This document shows positions 22,300-32,829 of a stretch of 64,000 nt of DNA, piece by piece. The DNA is from an uncultured Acidobacteriota bacterium. Lineage in GTDB: Bacteria > Acidobacteriota > Terriglobia > UBA7540. Every line of letters begins with the position of its first letter. Within the stretch, counting starts at the first letter, position 1. The notes beneath the pieces are model-generated. The model ran no database searches. It was not told the DNA's origin and saw nothing but the letters and a program-made list of their open reading frames with translations. The position numbers were made by a program, and so were the translations under genes. Location of the stretch: positions 544,001 to 608,000 of the forward strand of contig CAWDSK010000002.1 of the NCBI GenBank assembly GCA_963804995.1, given 5' to 3'.

Positions 22300-22584
22300 G
22301 AGAAAATAATACGCTGTATCATTTGGTAATGCAACTGAGCGGCACGGGGCGCCCCGTGCGAAACCGGCGAAACCGGGTCGGGGTAGAGACGACCCTTGCT
22401 GGAAACCGGGGGCAGACGGGTTTCTCGCAACTATTCATCGCGGGCTGGCGCAGACACCTGTCTTTTGGTGTCTGCGATCCCGAAGGGACGTTCTCCTCCG
22501 GCCCCGCACCGTAGAGAGCGGCGTAGCTAAAGCCCCGCCCTTCCACCGCAATGAAAACAGATCGCTAACTTCTGCAACTAAGCA

Positions 22585-23799
22585 CTAGTTCGATAGCGAA
22601 GCAGCCAGCGTCACCTGTTTGTTGGCTTTTCGGTCTTCGATCGTGATTTTGCCATTCTCCAATCGCACGTCGTCAATTTCGCGCATGCCTTCCGGCGTAT
22701 GCGTGTAGAACATGAGGAAGCGCGATTCAATGGTGGTCAGTGCGAGCAGCCAGCGATACACGGGGGCGCCGAACATCGAGTTCAGTTGCACCACCTCGCG
22801 CCGGGGGACATCGAACGGCTGGGTGGAAAACTCCAATCCGTGGGCCGACTGCTGGTTCGGCGGATAGTATTCCCAGTTCTGTGTCCACGGATATTCCTGC
22901 GGGTTGAACAAGTATCCCAGCAGCAGCCGCTTGCGTGGGTTGAGCATGGTCACGAATACCCAGTGGCGTGCCTCATCCATCAGACAGGTGGAGTGGTCGA
23001 GTGAGCCCGGTTCCGCCGGCGTGTGGCGCAGATTGACCGTGGGCGTGTTCACCCCGGGAGCTTCCGGCCAATTAAAATCCTTACCCGAGGGCATGCGGTG
23101 CGGCAGGCCATCGTTATCACCCTCGTAAGGCCGCGTCATCCCGCGCCGCGCCGACATATCCACCACGGTCACTCCCGGCTCGAGAAAGGGCGGGCCGATG
23201 GTCGCGTGCTCAGCCCAAAACGCCGGCCGATCGAATCCCAGCAGGCTCTTCAGTTCGCTCCGCACGTAGATGACGTTTTCTCCATCGACCATGCGCACCG
23301 TTCGCGTGAAGAGTTCCTGCGTCATCGGCAGTTGGGTGGTAAGGCTTAGCGTGGTGGTGCTGCCGTCTTTGGCATAGGCCTTTACCGCAAACGTGGAACC
23401 GTGCGCTTCTCCGTGGCCCGGCAAGCCTGCGGCTTTCTCCTGGGGTGACACCTCACCAAACCCGTCCACACAGATGAAGTGGCCTTGCGCGGAATCCGGC
23501 TGGGGCTTCTCGCCAGCCTCGCGCGCCATGCGGACGGGATCCCACAGCGGGCTGAGTTTTCCCGGATCGTCCGTCAGCGTCACGCGTGCAAATGTGCTTC
23601 CCCGTTCAAGGACCGTCAGCTCCACGGTTCCATTCGACAGCAGAAACGCCGCTTGGTCTTCAAAAGACGTTCTCGGGGGGCCGCTGGTTTGCCCGAATGC
23701 CGGCGAGAGCGTGAAAAGAGTGCTGGTAAGAAGTATGAGGCCGAACCCGCTCTTCAGGTTCCGGCCTCTTGTCGCTACACTAGGTTGTTTACTGACCAT
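22585..23799 (-). CDS. Secreted hypothetical protein (aldose epimerase-like fold possible)
   Basis: Signal-like stretch; GHFICVDGFG, HGEA, EHATIG. Confidence 0.55.
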   Translation of the reverse strand: MVSKQPSVATRGRNLKSGFGLILLTSTLFTLSPAFGQTSGPPRTSFEDQAAFLLSNGTVELTVLERGSTFARVTLTDDPGKLSPLWDPVRMAREAGEKPQPDSAQGHFICVDGFGEVSPQEKAAGLPGHGEAHGSTFAVKAYAKDGSTTTLSLTTQLPMTQELFTRTVRMVDGENVIYVRSELKSLLGFDRPAFWAEHATIGPPFLEPGVTVVDMSARRGMTRPYEGDNDGLPHRMPSGKDFNWPEAPGVNTPTVNLRHTPAEPGSLDHSTCLMDEARHWVFVTMLNPRKRLLLGYLFNPQEYPWTQNWEYYPPNQQSAHGLEFSTQPFDVPRREVVQLNSMFGAPVYRWLLALTTIESRFLMFYTHTPEGMREIDDVRLENGKITIEDRKANKQVTLAASLSN

Positions 23800-24188
23800 A
23801 TGTGTGGGCTCCTTGACTTCCGAAAGGTGTGGTCCGCTCAGGCCGCACTGGCCGCGAAAAGAGAACCTGGAAGCTCTGAAAAAATTGACAATTTCACGCA
23901 GAGACTCACGGTAATTACGGAAATGGCTCGCCGTGTTGCCTTTTGCATAACTTTGAATGCGAGTGCGTGGGTCGGCGGGTAACAACACGCGATCCACCGA
24001 CAGGCCGCTCGGGGCTACCGGCGTATCGTGAAACCATCGGTCCGAAACGTCCAGGCGTCGAAGCCGCGACATGCCGCGCATTATACGCCTCGAATCCACG
24101 GCGGCAATGCGTCATTGAATGGTGCATTGAATTTTCCGAGGCGGAGGCGTTCCGCTACGCCCCGCTGCAAAGGTGTCAGGGGAGTGGA

Positions 24189-24446
24189 TCAATCTTGTTC
24201 AAGGGGTTTGACTGCCGCGGTCAACTTCAGATAGATCGCATCGGGACATAGCTCGATCTCATCGTTCCATCGGATTTGCCTGGCGGGGCCCAAGTGGACC
24301 TGGGCAAAGAACTTCTCATCCTCCCACGCCTTGAAGACGCCCTGCCCCGCCAGCTCCGACAGGTCCACGGGGCCTTCCGTGCCATCCGAAAATACGACCC
24401 TGATTCGCAAGTTCGGCAACGCGCTTACCGAAATCGGTTTCACCAT
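24189..24446 (-). CDS. DUF2442 protein (orphan antitoxin-like)
   Basis: LRIRVVFSDG..G.VDL....GVF.....F..V.....W...ELCPD..Y. Confidence 0.7.
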   Translation of the reverse strand: MVKPISVSALPNLRIRVVFSDGTEGPVDLSELAGQGVFKAWEDEKFFAQVHLGPARQIRWNDEIELCPDAIYLKLTAAVKPLEQD

Positions 24447-24623
24447 AGCTTGTCCTTTCACCTCACCTCGCATTATTGTATCAAACCAAGGGTAAAACGC
24501 GGCAGGTGATAAAAAACCACAAACTGCATGGCTAAGGCGTACACTAGCGCCTTTCCGCGGCCGTATAATGGCAAACCGGGTTGAACCGAGGGCCAGTTGA
24601 CGAGCCATCAGAGAGGAAATCCA

Positions 24624-25451
24624 ATGAAAAGCTGGAAGCGTCTCCTCGTTCTCATCGCGCCATTCATTACTGTCGGCATTCTCCTGCCGGGTCCGGGGCA
24701 GAGCGCGCAACACGAATCCGGAATGGGCTATGAGGATACGCCCATGTTGCCCGGCGGCAAGTGGCACGTGCACGATGCCGAGCGTCCACAACCCGCCAAG
24801 GTCACGGCAGGAACGAGCAGCACGCCGGAGCGCGCGGGACTTCCGCCTTCCGATGCGGAAGTTCTCTTCGACGGCAAGGATCTTTCCAAGTGGAAAAGCG
24901 CCAAAGACGGTCCCGCCCCCTGGACGGTGCGTGACGGCTACCTGGAGGTGGCGCCCAAAACCGGCGACATCTATACGCGCGAGGAGTTCGGCGACATTCA
25001 ACTTCACGTCGAGTGGAGGACTCCTGCCCCGCTCAAGCCGGGTAACGTGTGGCAAGGGAACAGCGGAGTTTTCCTTTTTGGCGTTTACGAGCTTCAGGTC
25101 TTCGAAAGCAGCCGGAATCTGATCTATGCTGACGGCCAGGCGGGGGCGATTTACGGCCAATACCCGCCGCTCGTGAACCCTTCCTGTGACCCCGGCCAGT
25201 GGCAGGTTTATGACATCATCTTCAACCCCGCGCGGTTTAAGGAGGGAAAACTTGAAGCCCCCGCGTACGTCACGGTCTTTCAGAACGGCGTGGTGATCCA
25301 CAACCACACCGCCATCCTGGGTGAAACCGGACACCGCATTTTCCCGCGGTATACCGATCGCGGCAAGCTGGGTCCGATCCGGCTTCAGGACCATGGCGAC
25401 CTGGTGCGCTATCGAAATATTTGGGTGCGGGCATTGAAAGACCAGGACTGA
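24624..25451 (+). CDS. DUF1080 / 3-keto-disaccharide hydrolase family protein
   Basis: LFDGKDL, GNSGV, YELQV, LQDHG..VRYRNIW. Confidence 0.85.
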   Translation: MKSWKRLLVLIAPFITVGILLPGPGQSAQHESGMGYEDTPMLPGGKWHVHDAERPQPAKVTAGTSSTPERAGLPPSDAEVLFDGKDLSKWKSAKDGPAPWTVRDGYLEVAPKTGDIYTREEFGDIQLHVEWRTPAPLKPGNVWQGNSGVFLFGVYELQVFESSRNLIYADGQAGAIYGQYPPLVNPSCDPGQWQVYDIIFNPARFKEGKLEAPAYVTVFQNGVVIHNHTAILGETGHRIFPRYTDRGKLGPIRLQDHGDLVRYRNIWVRALKDQD

Positions 25452-25911
25452 AGTTGGGGACACGGGAGACGGGCCTGGCGCCCCGGCCGCCTCGCTGTCA
25501 ACCTGCGTAGCGGTTCAAGGCCCAGTGTATCGGACAGTGGCAATGAGAATGCCTCCTGAACCGGCCCCACTGCGGACGAGGCATGGCCCAAAGGCTATCC
25601 CGACCCTCTCCTGGTTTAGAAGGGGGGCCGAGGCAGCCTGGCATTCTGTCTGTAACCGCTCCCTCACCGTGGACGTCAATGACTGTGCTGAATCCGGGCG
25701 AATCTGGTTTCTTCACTGGGCGAAAATCGGTAGAAGCGGATTACGAACCTGCCAGTGGATGTTGACCCCAGCAGAAGGACAGCTTTCGAGTAGTGGTCGC
25801 GGCCCCGAAGGTGGTGGAGTCGGATAGCGCCGAGTGACTGCACGGGATCATCTGATTCGCTGTCCAAGAGTCCGCGAGCATATCTAAGACAGTTATGGAG
25901 GAGAAGCTTTT

Positions 25912-26301
25912 ATGAAAAGAATAACCTATTCCTTGGTGTTGGCATTCGCATGTGGAATGTTATTGATGTGGACGGGCAAAGTTTTGGCCGTCGACGAAGC
26001 CGCAAAGGTTGCGGGGACATGGGAAATGACCTCCGAGGGCCCCAACGGAACCATGACCCAAACCCTGGTGATCACGCAAGACGGCGGCACGATTAAAGGC
26101 ACGCTAACCGGGCGACGCGGTGAGGCGCCGCTGGAAGGTACGGTCAACGGAAACAAGGTAAGCTTCACCGTGAAGCGCCAGACCCAAAGTGGCGACACAA
26201 TGGTATTCCAATACACCGCCACGGCTGACGGGGATTCCATGAAGGGGAGTGTGCACAGCGAACGCGGTGACCGCGACTTTACGGCCAAGCGCACAAAGTA
26301 A
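25912..26301 (+). CDS. Secreted hypothetical beta-rich protein
   Basis: RBS, signal peptide, VAGTWEM. Confidence 0.65.
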   Translation: MKRITYSLVLAFACGMLLMWTGKVLAVDEAAKVAGTWEMTSEGPNGTMTQTLVITQDGGTIKGTLTGRRGEAPLEGTVNGNKVSFTVKRQTQSGDTMVFQYTATADGDSMKGSVHSERGDRDFTAKRTK

Positions 26302-26485
26302 CGATGGCCGTGCGCGCGGCTCAGACTAAAAGAGGCTTGCTTGCATTAGGCCTTGGTTTACAAAACTGACCCCAAGGGTGAACGCCTTGCTGATATTCCG
26401 ACCGGACATGCTCGGCGGCCGTCATCAGCAAGGCTTTCGCCTTTCTGGGAGGGATCCCAGGGCCGGTGATCTTGCCTTCCCAACC

Positions 26486-27493
26486 CTACGGCTTTTCCCA
26501 CCGGCCTGATTCAGCCGACCGGAAAATGGCATCGATCACAGCCATATTCCGGATCGCATCTTCGACCGAAACCGGAACCTCGCCTCCTTCACGAATCGCC
26601 CTTGAGAAGACGTTACCCTGAATCGTGTACTGATCGCACGTCGGGAAAGTCTCCGTGCTTACGCCTCCGCCCAAAAGGTCCCGTCCGTCGTCGATGAAGA
26701 GCCGGCAGGGCCGGTCGTTTGGTGGATTAAACGGGACCTCGATCTCGATGCGCCCCTGGGTACCCATAAACTGCATCATCTGGTGGAGAACCAGTTGAGT
26801 GCTGCACGTGAGAATCGACTGCCCCGAGGGAAAATCGAGGAGGGCGGACGTCAGCCGGTCAGTCTTCATCTCCGGGTCGCGCTCGATCAAACCCATCACT
26901 CGGGAAGGCTCCTCTCCAAAGGCAAACCGCGACATCGTAATGGGATAGCAGCCGATGTCCATCAACCCACCGCCGCCGCACGCGGGGATATTGCGGATAT
27001 TAGCGGGGTCGCGAAGGAAGTAACTGAAGAAGCCCACAATGGAGCGCAACTTGCCGATGCGGCCTGAGGCAATCAGCTCACGCAAACGGAGCCACTGCGG
27101 ATGCGTGCGCACCATGAAAGCCTCACCGATCTTCATGCCTGTCCGGTCGCGTGCCGCCAAAAGCGATTTGGCCTCCTCCGCGGTCATACTAAGAGGCTTT
27201 TCGCAGAGAACATGCTTCCCAGCCTCCATCGCCTTAAGGGTCCACGGGACGTGAAGGTGATTGGGAAGCGGATTGTAAATCGCTTCAATCTCAGCATCCT
27301 GCAAAAGCTCCTCGTACAATCCGTAGGCCTTGGCAATGCCGAGTGCGCGCGCCGCACCCTCGGCCTTGCGCCGGTCACGTGAGGCGATGGCAGTGACCTC
27401 ACTCCACTCCCCTCGCTGCATCGCCGGTATCACTTTCTCAACTGCTATCAGGGCCACACCCAGAACACCCCATCGAACTTTGTTTTGCGCCAC
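26486..27493 (-). CDS. Gfo/Idh/MocA oxidoreductase
   Basis: PLPNHLH, GKHVLCEKP, GGLMDIGCY. Confidence 0.9.
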   Translation of the reverse strand: MAQNKVRWGVLGVALIAVEKVIPAMQRGEWSEVTAIASRDRRKAEGAARALGIAKAYGLYEELLQDAEIEAIYNPLPNHLHVPWTLKAMEAGKHVLCEKPLSMTAEEAKSLLAARDRTGMKIGEAFMVRTHPQWLRLRELIASGRIGKLRSIVGFFSYFLRDPANIRNIPACGGGGLMDIGCYPITMSRFAFGEEPSRVMGLIERDPEMKTDRLTSALLDFPSGQSILTCSTQLVLHQMMQFMGTQGRIEIEVPFNPPNDRPCRLFIDDGRDLLGGGVSTETFPTCDQYTIQGNVFSRAIREGGEVPVSVEDAIRNMAVIDAIFRSAESGRWEKP

Positions 27494-27567
27494 GGCGTCT
27501 CCTTCCCGAAACTCGGCGCCCGATTCTATCGCGAACCAACCACCCAGGTCCATTTGTTCATCAGGAG

Positions 27568-27676
27568 GGTAGTGGGTCGATTTGGATTGTTGTAGCGGCG
27601 GTCTCCGACCGCCGGCTTTGGATTCGATAGATTCCGGCAGTCGGAGACCGCCGCTACAGCAAATTGATCCACCACC
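27568..27676. mobile_element. 109-bp MITE with GGTAGTGG ends and 8-bp TSD, carrying a GTAGCGGCG REP doublet
   Basis: TIRs GGTAGTGGGTCGATTTG / CAAATTGATCCACCACC; ATCAGGAG on both flanks (27560-27567, 27677-27684). Confidence 0.75.
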
Positions 27677-27832
27677 ATCAGGAGGGGTGGTCGCTCTATG
27701 AGAACCGGTCGGGCTAGTGAGAAATCGGAGCTAGAGGATACAGAAGGCGATGGTTGAGTGGGTAGTTCTAATGCCGCTCACCTCGGTTATGCTACGACGC
27801 CAGCGGGGCACGAGGTGGCTGCCTTCGGTGCA

Positions 27833-29125
27833 TTAAGCGGCGAGGGTATCGCGGCCAGGGGGTGGGCCGAGCTCTTTTGCAGAGGGCGGCGGAGAATATC
27901 GGCGGTAGACATAGCGCAGCACATGAATGGAGCAACCGATTGCTATCGCCATTACGGCGTTGATCATCAGGACCGCGCATGCCGTAGCGACGAAAGCCGC
28001 GGCATCCGCGCGGCGCATCTTGCGCAGACGCTTCCAGGTACTCCAATCGAGCAACCGGGCGCCCATCCAGGCCGTGACCCCAGCCAATGCCGCAAGTGGA
28101 ATCTGGGAAAGGAAGTGCGTCCCCAACGTGATGAAGCCCACCAGAAACACGGCATGGGTGATATTGGAAACGGCCGTGGTGGCGCCGCACTGTACGTTGG
28201 CCAGACTGCGCGCCGGGATTCCCACACTCGTAGGCGCGCCAAAGGTCCCGCCGATGAGATTCCCGATCCCGTACGCTCCTAGTTCCATGTCAGCGTCGTG
28301 CTTCTTCATCAGCTTATGACGGCCGCGGAAGTGTTCCACCACGCGCGAGGTCATGAGCAGATCGACCGACGACACAAAGGCCAAACCGAAAGCAGCCGGG
28401 AGCACAGTCCACACATCCGACGACTCCCAGTGGAATCCCACCGGCGAGGGCAGGCCGGAGAATAAGGCGCCGACTTCCTTCTCGTGCCAGCCAAAAATCT
28501 TGCCCACGATCAGGGCCACCACGACTCCGAACAAGGGCGCGGGGCTCCGGGGAAGCCGATAGATCACAATCGTGGCAACCACTATGACGGTTAGGGCCAC
28601 GAGGAAGGGTTGGATGCGCATTTGACCCAGGTTTTGGATGACCTGCACCAACTGCCCGAGCATGTGTTCTTTCCACCCGCCCGCCGGGGGACGTAGAGCA
28701 AAAATCGTCCGCAACTGCGAGATGATCATCATGCCGCCAATCCCGCAGGAGAACCCGGCCACGACCGAGTGCGGTACTTTGGCCACGTAGCGCCCCAGGC
28801 GCAGGACGCAGAAGATCATCATGATGATGGAGGCGGAAATACAGACTTTCGCCGCCCCAGGGATTCCCTGCGCCAGGACCGCCGCGGCGATGAAGGGAAC
28901 GGTCACACTGGAAGTGCCGCCAATGAGGACGGGATTACGGCCCAATATCACGCAGAAGGGAGCGGTGATGATGGACGTATATACACCCAGGATGGGGGGG
29001 AGTCCCATCAACGACGCGAGCGCCAAACCATAAGGGAGTGCAATCAGCGAGGCGATTGCCCCACCTGACAGGTCGCCCAGAAAGCGCCTCAAGGTGTAAT
29101 CCCGAAAAGTGTTTCGCCAGAGCAA
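27833..29125 (-). CDS. SulP-family anion transporter without STAS domain
   Basis: DLSGG..A.LIALPYGLA..GLPP..G.Y, EL.AYGIGN; ends soon after the last helix. Confidence 0.8.
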   Translation of the reverse strand: MLWRNTFRDYTLRRFLGDLSGGAIASLIALPYGLALASLMGLPPILGVYTSIITAPFCVILGRNPVLIGGTSSVTVPFIAAAVLAQGIPGAAKVCISASIIMMIFCVLRLGRYVAKVPHSVVAGFSCGIGGMMIISQLRTIFALRPPAGGWKEHMLGQLVQVIQNLGQMRIQPFLVALTVIVVATIVIYRLPRSPAPLFGVVVALIVGKIFGWHEKEVGALFSGLPSPVGFHWESSDVWTVLPAAFGLAFVSSVDLLMTSRVVEHFRGRHKLMKKHDADMELGAYGIGNLIGGTFGAPTSVGIPARSLANVQCGATTAVSNITHAVFLVGFITLGTHFLSQIPLAALAGVTAWMGARLLDWSTWKRLRKMRRADAAAFVATACAVLMINAVMAIAIGCSIHVLRYVYRRYSPPPSAKELGPPPGRDTLAA

Positions 29126-29211
29126 ACCTTTCTCCTGCGGCCGCTGCCTGCGCCCCTTCGGGGGGACGCAGGCGCGCAGCCTTCGTCAAATCATCCGCGG
29201 TTCCGTCCGCC

Positions 29212-30606
29212 TTAAGAGATCACCAGAGCCTGATACACCTTGCTGATGGCGGCAACGATGTCATCCAGATCGCGGTCGGTATACTTGGGGCCCACCGTCA
29301 ACGTAGCAGTGCGGTTGAAGATATCCATGGTGCGCGGAACGCTCTCTGCGCCATAACGCATTTCCTTGCCGCGCGGTGAATTGAATGACGGCCACATCGG
29401 ATGGGGGACGGCTTTGTTGGCAATGGGGGGTTGGGCTGGCAGGACCACCGCCGCGCTGGGCCGCTCCATGGGAACCATCTCCGCTTTCATGGCTTTCAGG
29501 AATTGGTCCCGCAGCTCCTGGCTCGACAGGATCAAATCCACCGTCAAGTGGAGTTCGCCGTTCGGATCGTTGCTCCGCCGCATTTTGATTCCCGGTATGC
29601 GGCTCACCCGGTCAATGACAGACCCGCCCCGACGGCGCTGTTCGCCCAGGATGTAGTCGAGCTTCCGCATTTGGGCCAGCATGACGGCTCCCGTCATTTC
29701 GTTCATGCGATAGTTGACGCCCATGAAATAAGGCATGGCGCCTTTGCCGATCTGGGCCACGCTGGGCGGCCTCAGCAGGCCGAGATCATGGAACCGCACC
29801 GCGCGTTCATACAACAGCGGGTCGTTGGTAACTACCGCTCCGCCCTCGCCCGCGGTGATCATCTTGTGGAGCTGGAAGCTGAAGATTCCAATGTCGCCGA
29901 TGGTCGAAGTGCGCTTGCCTTTATACGAGCCGCCGGCGTTCTGCGCGGAGTCTTCCAACACCTTGATGTTGTGCCGGCGCGCCACCGCCATGATGGCGTC
30001 CATGTTGCAGGGCGATCCAAACAGGTGTACGACCATGATCGCCTTGGTTTGCGGAGTAATCTTTTTTTCTACATCCTCTGGGTCGATGGTGAAGGAATCG
30101 TCATCCTCCGCGAATACCGGCAGAGCACCGGTCATGAGGATGGCGTAGTAACAGGAATACCAGGTCCAAGCGGGAAGGATCACTTCATCGCCAGGGCCTA
30201 CACCCAGGGCCGTCAGGGCCACATGCAATGCCGCCGTCCCTGAGGTGATGCCGAGCACGTATTTGACATCCAGGAGTTTGGAAAATTCCTTTTCGAAAGT
30301 TGCCACTTTATTGGGCTGTGGTTGGCCCTCCGGGCCGTACCAGCGAAACAAACCATGCGTTGAAATCGCCTCGTCGGTCAGGTCCTGTTCGTGATTGTCG
30401 TAGAATTGAGATCCGGGGCACGAGGTGTTGAGAATCGAAGTGCGCACCGGTGTCCCCCCCTTCAAGGCCAGCGCCGGGTCAACCGGAGTTGCCGGATCCG
30501 ATACGGTTGCATGCGCGGTGCCCCGCAGCATGGGCACGGACGCGGCGACGGGAACAGAAGCGAGAAAAGTGCGACGACTTATCTTTCCGAAATCATTTGG
30601 TTTCAT
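29212..30606 (-). CDS. DegT-family aminotransferase with Tat-like leader
   Basis: SRRTFL, SGTAAL, EDSAQ, FSFQLHKMITAGEGG. Confidence 0.85.
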   Translation of the reverse strand: MKPNDFGKISRRTFLASVPVAASVPMLRGTAHATVSDPATPVDPALALKGGTPVRTSILNTSCPGSQFYDNHEQDLTDEAISTHGLFRWYGPEGQPQPNKVATFEKEFSKLLDVKYVLGITSGTAALHVALTALGVGPGDEVILPAWTWYSCYYAILMTGALPVFAEDDDSFTIDPEDVEKKITPQTKAIMVVHLFGSPCNMDAIMAVARRHNIKVLEDSAQNAGGSYKGKRTSTIGDIGIFSFQLHKMITAGEGGAVVTNDPLLYERAVRFHDLGLLRPPSVAQIGKGAMPYFMGVNYRMNEMTGAVMLAQMRKLDYILGEQRRRGGSVIDRVSRIPGIKMRRSNDPNGELHLTVDLILSSQELRDQFLKAMKAEMVPMERPSAAVVLPAQPPIANKAVPHPMWPSFNSPRGKEMRYGAESVPRTMDIFNRTATLTVGPKYTDRDLDDIVAAISKVYQALVIS

Positions 30607-31302
30607 AATGCTCCTCTCTTGCAGGCCATCGAATGCTCACCCCCGGGGCACACACCAGCGAATGAAACTCTGGGAGCACGCCTCCCGGTCCGGTGACCAA
30701 GTCACGCTCGCGCCTCCGTAAATCCAAACAATTCAACCGTGATGGGGGCCAACTGATTGTGCGTGATGCTGGTTCTCTGGGCGGCCAAACTTGGTGCAGC
30801 CTCGCCTTCCTGCTTACGCGACCTAAATCTAATACAGACATGCTGCCTTTACAATCAATCTTTCCACTTCTACGAAGTGGGCAACAGGATGCGGACAATT
30901 CCGCACTCCCTTGGGTCAGACGCAATTTCTTGACCTCTTTTCACATTAATAGTGCCAAAAGGTCAACCTTCAGGCTGAACCAAGACCCCGCCGACCTTTT
31001 GAAGGCTTTAGATTCGGCTTGTATTAACATTCTAAAGGAGTTGGACGTGCAAGCTGTTTTCAGCCTTTTAGCGACTTCGTACCTCTTAGAACTTTGATGT
31101 GACGTAAGTTGACATTCCTGACCGCACCGGCCAGCCCCAAACTTAGTTCTCAGGCAGAAGTATCGACCACTTCAGGGCACATTCTCACGGTCCCGAAGGT
31201 GAAATCAGTGTAAAGTGTGTGATAATTGTGATTATCATTCAGGTTCTGGTGTGCGCGTTGGCAGTTGAGATTTGTCGTATCCAAAGCAAAAAAGGTTGAG
31301 GC

Positions 31303-32541
31303 ATGAGGAAATCCGAACTTGCCCGTCTCTTGAAGCTCATTTATTCCGAGGGCGAGATATCCCGTGTGGATTTGGCCCGAAAAACCAATCTAGTTCCCAG
31401 CTATGTTTCCTCCATGGTGCAACGCTTGCGCCAGAGGAAGTGGATTCTCGAGGGAGGTCGAGTTCCCTCCGGTCGCGGTCGGCGGAAAGTGCTTTTGCAC
31501 ATCAATCCCGACTTGGCGCATGTGATGGGGGTGGAATTCGGTCGGGTCAACACGCGCCTAGTGGTTTCAGATCTCCTGGGTAACGTCTTGAATTACCAGA
31601 AACTTCCGCTGGACGTTTCCCACGGTGAGCAGTTTGTATTGGATCACGTCCATCAGGAAATCAAGAACTGTTTCAAGCGCGACCCCAAGATTCAAGGCAT
31701 GGGCCTCGCCCATTCGGGATTCATTGACCGCGCCAGCGGGACGGTGCTTTTTTGGCCCAAGGTTTCTGGATGGCGGGACGTTCAACTGAAACGGATTTTC
31801 GCGGAGGAGTACGGCTTGACCACGGTGGTTGAAGACAGCGCGCGCACCACGGCCATCGCCGAACAACGTTTTGGTTTTGGGAAAGGGCAAAAAAACTTTG
31901 TCTTTGTGCACGCCGGAGTCGGCATCGGTGCGGCTATCTTTGTAGACGGGCGCCTTTACACCGGGCAGGATGGAATGGCCGGTGAATTGGGGCACACCAC
32001 CATTGATGAGACCGGTCCCCTCTGCTCATGCGGCAACCGCGGCTGCTTGGAAGTTTACGCATCCGCCGCGGCGATCATTGATAACGTGCGCAAGGGTCTC
32101 GAACAGGGAGTGGCCTCGAGTCTCGCCGCCCTGCCGGAAGGCGAACGTCAACAGGTATCGCTGGAAGCCATCGCGGCCGCGGCGGAATCCCACGACCGGC
32201 TGTGCGAGACGGTTCTGGCCGAAGCCGGGACGCATCTGGGAACGGCGCTTGCGAGCATTGTGAACTTTTTGAATCCCGGCCGGATCATTCTGGGAGGCAC
32301 TTTGCCCCGTGTCACGAAGAACCTGCTAACGGACCAGTTGGAGCGATCCTTACGCGCCCGCGCTTTCCAGCATTCGGTTAGCCGGTTGGAGGTCATGGTT
32401 TCCCAGCAAGGTGAGGATGCGGCGGCCGTGGGTGCGTGTCTCCTGACCGCGGAAGCGATCCTCGAGCAATTGTGTAGTGCCGAGGACAATGGTAAAGAAA
32501 TCGCCCCCTCGAACTCGCTTACCCATTCCTTTACCCCCTAG
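31303..32541 (+). CDS. ROK-family transcriptional regulator
   Basis: N-terminal HTH (ISRVDLA), GELGH, CSCGNRGCLE. Confidence 0.9.
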   Translation: MRKSELARLLKLIYSEGEISRVDLARKTNLVPSYVSSMVQRLRQRKWILEGGRVPSGRGRRKVLLHINPDLAHVMGVEFGRVNTRLVVSDLLGNVLNYQKLPLDVSHGEQFVLDHVHQEIKNCFKRDPKIQGMGLAHSGFIDRASGTVLFWPKVSGWRDVQLKRIFAEEYGLTTVVEDSARTTAIAEQRFGFGKGQKNFVFVHAGVGIGAAIFVDGRLYTGQDGMAGELGHTTIDETGPLCSCGNRGCLEVYASAAAIIDNVRKGLEQGVASSLAALPEGERQQVSLEAIAAAAESHDRLCETVLAEAGTHLGTALASIVNFLNPGRIILGGTLPRVTKNLLTDQLERSLRARAFQHSVSRLEVMVSQQGEDAAAVGACLLTAEAILEQLCSAEDNGKEIAPSNSLTHSFTP

Positions 32542-32614
32542 TTTGAGGTTACCTCAAGCCGGGCGCCTCTCCACGAGCGCGGTCTCGATTCCCGTTTCAG
32601 TGGGCGCAGCCGAG

Positions 32615-32770
32615 TCTCCCCGCTGGCTCAAGGAGCTGGATAACCTCAACGCGGATATTATCCTGGTAGGCCATACTCACCATCCGGCCGTACGCACCAT
32701 CGGATCGCGCGTGGTGGTCAATCCGGGGAGTCTCGGGCAACCGAAGAACGGGCGGCCTGGTGTATACTGG
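32615..32770 (+). pseudogene. Metallophosphoesterase C-terminal fragment
   Basis: ADIILVGHTHHP...VVNPGSLGQPK with no N-terminal part. Confidence 0.55.
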
Positions 32771-32829
32771 CACCGGCCCGAAGCCCCCAATGGGAACCCC
32801 AAACTATTCGTGAAGCAAGGAGGAAAGGC

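Noticed and set aside
24189..25463. 424-aa minus-strand protein
   Set aside because: Only the last 85 aa (DUF2442) look real; the rest overlaps the DUF1080 gene.
31138..31165. ROK operator upstream of the regulator
   Set aside because: Only a half-site-like ACTTAGTT; palindrome too weak to call.
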